64,000 bases of DNA from Auanema rhodensis. Its lineage: Eukaryota; Animalia; Nematoda. Location: contig CAXKVF010000078.1 of NCBI GenBank assembly GCA_964057225.1, forward strand, positions 372,001-436,000. Direction: 5' to 3'. Made by a program: the position numbers and the translations under genes. Under the pieces are notes generated by a model. That model ran no database searches. It was not told the origin of the DNA and saw only the letters and a list, made by a program, of their open reading frames with translations. Below, piece after piece: positions 57,548 to 64,000 of this stretch; within the stretch, counting starts at the first letter, position 1; each line of letters begins with the position of its first letter.

Positions 57548-60500
57548 GACATGGGGAATCTAATTTTGAAAACCGCATCTCTTCATCTTTCACGTGAAGC
57601 GAGTTACATACCAAGTGCACATCACGTGTACATTTAATTAGCATAAATTAAAGTTCACGTAAATTTCAAAGTCATGGTTACCATGAACCAATATCAATAA
57701 AAATTTGTTTTTAGACTAATATGGACATGGGGAATCTAATTTTGAAAACCGCATCTATTTATCTTTCACGTGAAGCGAGTTACATACCAAGTGCACATCA
57801 CGTGTACATTTAATTAGCATAAATTAAAGTTCACGTAAATTTCAAAGTCATGGTTACCATGCACCAATATCAATAAAAATTTGTTTTTAGACTAATATGG
57901 ACATGGGGAATCTAATTTTGAAAACCGCATCTCTTCATCTTTCACGTGAAGCGAGTTACATACCAAGTGCACATCACGTGTACATTTAATTAGCATAAAT
58001 TAAAGTTCACGTAAATTTCAAAGTCATGGTTACCATGCACCAATATCAATAAAAATTTGTTTTTAGACTAATATGGACATGGGGAATCTAATTTTGAAAA
58101 CCGCATCTCTTCATCTTTCACGTGAAGCGAGTTACATACCAAGTGCACATCACGTGTACATTTAATTAGCATAAATTAAAGTTCACGTAAATTTCAAAGT
58201 CATGGTTACCATGCACCAATATCAATAAAAATTTGTTTTTAGACTAATATGGACATGGGGAATCTAATTTTGAAAACCGCATCTCTTTATCTTTCACGTG
58301 AAGCGAGTTACATACCAAGTGCACATCACGTGTACATTTAATTAGCATAAATTAAAGTTCACGTAAATTTCAAAGTCATGGTTACCATGCACCAATATCA
58401 ATAAAAATTTGTTTTTAGACTAATATGGACATGGGGAATCTAATTTTAAAAACCGCATCTCCTTATCTTTCACGTGAAGCGAGTTACATACCAAGTGCAC
58501 ATCACGTGTACATTTAATTAGCATAAATTAAAGTTCACGTAAATTTCAAAGTCATGGTTACCATGCACCAATATCAATAAAAATTTGTTTTTAGACTAAT
58601 ATGGACATGGGGAATCTAATTTTGAAAACCGCATCTCTTCATCTTTCACGTGAAGCGAGTTACATACCAAGTGCACATCACGTGTACATTTAATTAGCAT
58701 AAATTAAAGATCACGTAAATTTCAAAGTCATGGTTACCATGCACCAATATCAATAAAAATTTGTTTTTAGACTAATATGGACATGGGGAATCTAATTTTG
58801 AAAACCGCATCTCTTTATCTTTCACGTGAAGCGAGTTACATACCAAGTGCACATCACGTGTACATTTAATTAGCATAAATTAAAGTTCACGTAAATTTCA
58901 AAGTCATGGTCACCATGCACCAATGTCAATAAAAATTTGTTTTTAGACTAATATGGACATGGGGAATCTAATTTTGAAAACCGCATCTCTTTATTTTTCA
59001 CGTGAAGCGAGTTACATACCAAGTGCACATCACGTGTACATTTAATTAGCATAAATTAAAGTTCACGTAAATTTCAAAGTCATGGTTACCATGCACCAAT
59101 ATCAATAAAAATTTGTTTTTAGACTAATATGGACATGGGGAATCTAATTTTGAAAACCGCATCTCTTTATCTTTCACGTGAAGCGAGTTACATACCAAGT
59201 GCACATCACGTGTACATTTAATTAGCATAAATTAAAGTTCACGTAAATTTCAAAGTCATGGTTACCATGAACCAATACCAATAAAAATTTGTTTTTAGAC
59301 TAATATGGACATGGGGAATCTAATTTTGAAAACCGCATCTCGTTATCTTTCACGTGAAGCGAGTTACATACCAAGTGCACATCACGTGTACATTTAATTA
59401 GCATAAATTAAAGTTCACGTAAATTTCAAAGTCATGGTTACCATGCACCAATATCAATAAAAATTTGTTTTTAGACTAATATGGACATGGGGAATCTAAT
59501 TTTGAAAACCGCATCTCTTTATCTTTCACGTGAAGCGAGTTACATACCAAGTGCACATCACGTGTACATTTAATTAGCATAAATTAAAGTTCACGTAAAT
59601 TTCAAAGTCATGGTTACCATGCACCAATATCAATAAAAATTTGTTTTTAGATTAATATGGACATGGGGAATCTAATTTTGAAAACCGCATCTCTTTATCT
59701 TTCACGTGAAGCGAGTTACATACCAAGTGCACATCACGTGTACATTTAATTAGCATAAATTAAAGTTCACGTAAATTTCAAAGTCATGGTTACCATGAAC
59801 CAATATCAATAAAAATTTGTTTTTAGACTAATATGGACATGGGGAATCTAATTTTGAAAACCGCATCTCTTTATCTTTCACGTGAAGCGAGTTACATACC
59901 AAGTGCCCATCACGTGTACATTTAATTAGCATAAATTAAAGTTCACGTAAATTTCAAAGTCATGGTTACCATGCACCAATATCAATAAAAATTTGTTTTT
60001 AGACTAATATGGACATGGGGATCTAATTTTGAAAACCGCATCTCTATATCTTTCACGTGAAGCGAGTTACATACCAAGTGCACATCACGTGTACATTTAA
60101 TTAGCATAAATTAAAGTTCACGTAAATTTCAAAGTCATGGTTACCATGCACCAATGTCAATAAAAATTTGTTTTTAGACTAATATGGACATGGGGAATCT
60201 AATTTTGCAAACCGCATCTCTTCATCTTTCACGTGAAGCGAGTTACATACCAAGTGCACATCACGTGTACATTTAATTAGCATAAATTAAAGTTCACGTA
60301 AATTTCAAAGTCATGGTTACCATGCACCAATATCAATAAAAATTTGTTTTTAGACTAATATGGACATGGGGAATCTAATTTTGAAAACCGCATCTCTTTC
60401 TCTTTCACGTGAAGCGAGTTACATACCAAGTGCACATCACGTGTACATTTAATTAGCATAAATTAAAGTTCACGTAAATTTCAAAGTCATGGTTACCATG

Positions 60501-63178
60501 AACCAATATCAATAAAAATTTGTTTTTAGACTAATATGGACATGGGGAATCTAATTTTGAAAACCGCATCTATTTATCTTTCACGTGAAGCGAGTTACAT
60601 ACCAAGTGCACATCACGTGTACATTTAATTAGCATAAATTAAAGTTCACGTAAATTTCAAAGTCATGGTTACCATGCACCAATATCAATAAAAATTTGTT
60701 TTTAGACTAATATGGACATGGGGAATCTAATTTTGAAAACCGCATCTCTTCATCTTTCACGTGAAGCGAGTTACATACCAAGTGCACATCACGTGTACAT
60801 TTAATTAGCATAAATTAAAGTTCACGTAAATTTCAAAGTCATGGTTACCATGCACCAATATCAATAAAAATTTGTTTTTAGACTAATATGGACATGGGGA
60901 ATCTAATTTTGAAAACCGCATCTCTTTATCTTTCACGTGAAGCGAGTTACATACCAAGTGCACATCACGTGTACATTTAATTAGCATAAATTAAAGTTCA
61001 CGTAAATTTCAAAGTCATGGTTACCATGCACCAATATCAATAAAAATTTGTTTTTAGACTAATATGGACATGGGGAATCTAATTTTGAAAACCGCATCTC
61101 TTCATCTTTCACGTGAAGCGAGTTACATACCAAGTGCACATCACGTGTACATTTAATTAGCATAAATTAAAGTTCACGTAAATTTCAAAGTCATGGTTAC
61201 CATGAACCAATATCAATAAAAATTTGTTTTTAGACTAATATGGACATGGGGAATCTAATTTTGAAAACCGCATCTATTTATCTTTCACGTGAAGCGAGTT
61301 ACATACCAAGTGCACATCACGTGTACATTTAATTAGCATAAATTAAAGTTCACGTAAATTTCAAAGTCATGGTTACCATGCACCAATATCAATAAAAATT
61401 TGTTTTTAGACTAATATGGACATGGGGAATCTAATTTTGAAAACCGCATCTCTTCATCTTTCACGTGAAGCGAGTTTCATACCAAGTGCACATCACGTGT
61501 ACATTTAATTAGCATAAATTAAAGTTCACGTAAATTTCAAAGTCATGGTTACCATGCACCAATATCAATAAAAATTTGTTTTTAGACTAATATGGACATG
61601 GGGAATCTAATTTTGAAAACCGCATCTCTTCATCTTTCACGTGAAGCGAGTTACATACCAAGTGCACATCACGTGTACATTTAATTAGCATAAATTAAAG
61701 TTCACGTAAATTTCAAAGTCATGGTTACCATGCACCAATGTCAATAAAAATTTGTTTTTAGACTAATATGGACATGGGGAATCTAATTTTGCAAACCGCA
61801 TCTCTTCATCTTTCACGTGAAGCGAGTTACATACCAAGTGCACATCACGTGTACATTTAATTAGCATAAATTAAAGTTCACGTAAATTTCAAAGTCATGG
61901 TTACCATGCACCAATATCAATAAAAATTTGTTTTTAGACTAATATGGACATGGGGAATCTAATTTTGAAAACCGCATCTCCTTATCTTTCACGTGAAGCG
62001 AGTTACATACCAAGTGCACATCACGTGTACATTTAATTAGCATAAATTAAAGTTCACGTAAATTTCAAAGTCATGGTTACCATGCACCAATATCAATAAA
62101 AATTTGTTTTTAGACTAATATGGACATGGGGAATCTAATTTTGAAAACCGCATCTCTTCATCTTTCACGTGAAGCGAGTTACATACCAAGTGCACATCAC
62201 GTGTACATTTAATTAGCATAAATTAAAGATCACGTAAATTTCAAAGTCATGGTTACCATGCACCAATATCAATAAAAATTTGTTTTTAGACTAATATGGA
62301 CATGGGGAATCTAATTTTGAAAACCGCATCTCTTCATCTTTCACGTGAAGCGAGTTACATACCAAGTGCACATCACGTGTACATTTAATTAGCATAAATT
62401 AAAGTTCACGTAAATTTCAAAGTCATGGTTACCATGCACCAATATCAATAAAAATTTGTTTTTAGACTAATATGGACATGGGGAATCTAATTTTGAAAAC
62501 CGCATCTCTTTATCTTTCACGTGAAGCGAGTTACATACCAAGTGCACATCACGTGTACATTTAATTAGCATAAATTAAAGTTCACGTAAATTTCAAAGTC
62601 ATGGTTACCATGCACCAATGTCAATAAAAATTTGTTTTTAGACTAATATGGACATGGGGAATCTAATTTTGAAAACCGCATCTCTTTATTTTTCACGTGA
62701 AGCGAGTTACATACCAAGTGCACATCACGTGTACATTTAATTAGCATAAATTAAAGTTCACGTAAATTTCAAAGTCATGGTTACCATGCACCAATATCAA
62801 TAAAAATTTGTTTTTAGACTAATATGGACATGGGGAATCTAATTTTGAAAACCGCATCTCTTTATCTTTCACGTGAAGCGAGTTACATACCAAGTGCACA
62901 TCACGTGTACATTTAATTAGCATAAATTAAAGTTCACGTAAATTTCAAAGTCATGGTTACCATGAACCAATATCAATAAAAATTTGTTTTTAGACTAATA
63001 TGGACATGGGGAATCTAATTTTGAAAACCGCATCTCTTTATCTTTCACGTGAAGCGAGTTACATACCAAGTGCCCATCACGTGTACATTTAATTAGCATA
63101 AATTAAAGTTCACGTAAATTTCAAAGTCATGGTTACCATGCACCAATATCAATAAAAATTTGTTTTTAGACTAATATG
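57548..63178. repeat. Imperfect block duplication at about 20-monomer offset (3519 bp)
   Basis: CTATTT monomers at 57724/61243, CTCCTT at 58428/61947 and AAAGATC at 58604/62123 are all +3519. Downstream markers drift out of register. Confidence 0.75.
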
Positions 63179-64000
63179 GACATGGGGAATCTAATTTTGA
63201 AAACCGCATCTCTTTATCTTTCACGTGAAGCGAGTTACATACCAAGTGCACATCACGTGTACATTTAATTAGCATAAATTAAAGTTCACGTAAATTTCAA
63301 AGTCATGGTTACCATGCACCAATATCAATAAAAATTTGTTTTTAGACTAATATGGACATGGGGAATCTAATTTTGAAAACCGCATCTCTTTATCTTTCAC
63401 GTGAAGCGAGTTACATACCAAGTGCACATCACGTGTACATTTAATTAGCATAAATTAAAGTTCACGTAAATTTCAAAGTCATGGTTACCATGCACCAATG
63501 TCAATAAAAATTTGTTTTTAGACTAATATGGACATGGGGAATCTAATTTTGAAAACCGCATCTCTTTATTTTTCACGTGAAGCGAGTTACATACCAAGTG
63601 CACATCACGTGTACATTTAATTAGCATAAATTAAAGTTCACGTAAATTTCAAAGTCATGGTTACCATGCACCAATGTCAATAAAAATTTGTTTTTAGACT
63701 AATATGGACATGGGGAATCTAATTTTGAAAACCGCATCTCTTTATTTTTCACGTGAAGCGAGTTACATACCAAGTGCACATCACGTGTACATTTAATTAG
63801 CATAAATTAAAGTTCACGTAAATTTCAAAGTCATGGTTACCATGCACCAATATCAATAAAAATTTGTTTTTAGACTAATATGGACATGGGGAATCTAATT
63901 TTGAAAACCGCATCTCTTTCTCTTTCACGTGAAGCGAGTTACATACCAAGTGCACATCACGTGTACATTTAATTAGCATAAATTAAAGTTCACGTAAATT

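Larger units (their letters stand above)
1..64000. repeat. 176-bp tandem satellite DNA array (about 364 monomers, one orientation), probably (peri)centromeric
   Basis: GACATGGGGAATC recurs every 176 bp (e.g. 2111, 2287, 2463 ... 57724, 63883). Only eight 1-bp indels are needed to keep the phase over 64 kb. The array runs off both window ends. The centromeric assignment is inferred from nucleosome-scale monomer length and homogeneity. Confidence 0.98.

Noticed and set aside
1-64000. CRISPR array or other repeat-spacer system
   Set aside because: There are no unique spacers. The entire 176 bp is repeated and there are no cas or other genes.
1-64000. Identification as Brassica CentBr (176 bp), Arabidopsis CEN178 or primate alpha satellite
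   Set aside because: Only the length is similar. I recognise no sequence similarity to those consensuses; a database search is needed.
1-64000. Tandem 5S rRNA, tRNA, snRNA or spliced-leader gene array
   Set aside because: No recognisable 5S, tRNA cloverleaf, Pol III A/B/C boxes or SL/Sm-site organisation is seen on either strand. An Infernal/Rfam scan would confirm.
1-64000. Embedded transposon, inversion or unique island
   Set aside because: The 176-bp phase can be followed continuously from 1 to 63883 with only 1-bp indels, leaving no room for an insertion or strand switch.

Overview
The whole 64-kb window is one uninterrupted, head-to-tail, single-orientation tandem satellite array. The monomer is 176 bp and about 32% GC; I count 363 complete monomers plus a 118-bp partial copy. 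Consensus, in the phase starting at 2111: GACATGGGGAATCTAATTTTGAAAACCGCATCTCTTTATCTTTCACGTGAAGCGAGTTACATACCAAGTGCACATCACGTGTACATTTAATTAGCATAAATTAAAGTTCACGTAAATTTCAAAGTCATGGTTACCATGCACCAATATCAATAAAAATTTGTTTTTAGACTAATATG. Monomer size, homogeneity (mostly 0-3 differences from consensus) and higher-order structure are typical of a eukaryotic (peri)centromeric satellite. I do not recognise the family or organism, and centromere function is inference. I see no genes, transposons, inversions or unique sequence. The informative signal lies in the variant pattern: a diverged left edge, successive variant domains, nested 5/10/25-mer higher-order repeats (HORs) lying beside their apparently unexpanded template, and several 19-25-monomer block duplications. 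The monomer itself is dense in dyad symmetries, has three TCACGT boxes 32-33 bp apart, and carries a 7/9 CENP-B-box-like motif. All variant mapping was done by eye and should be confirmed computationally.
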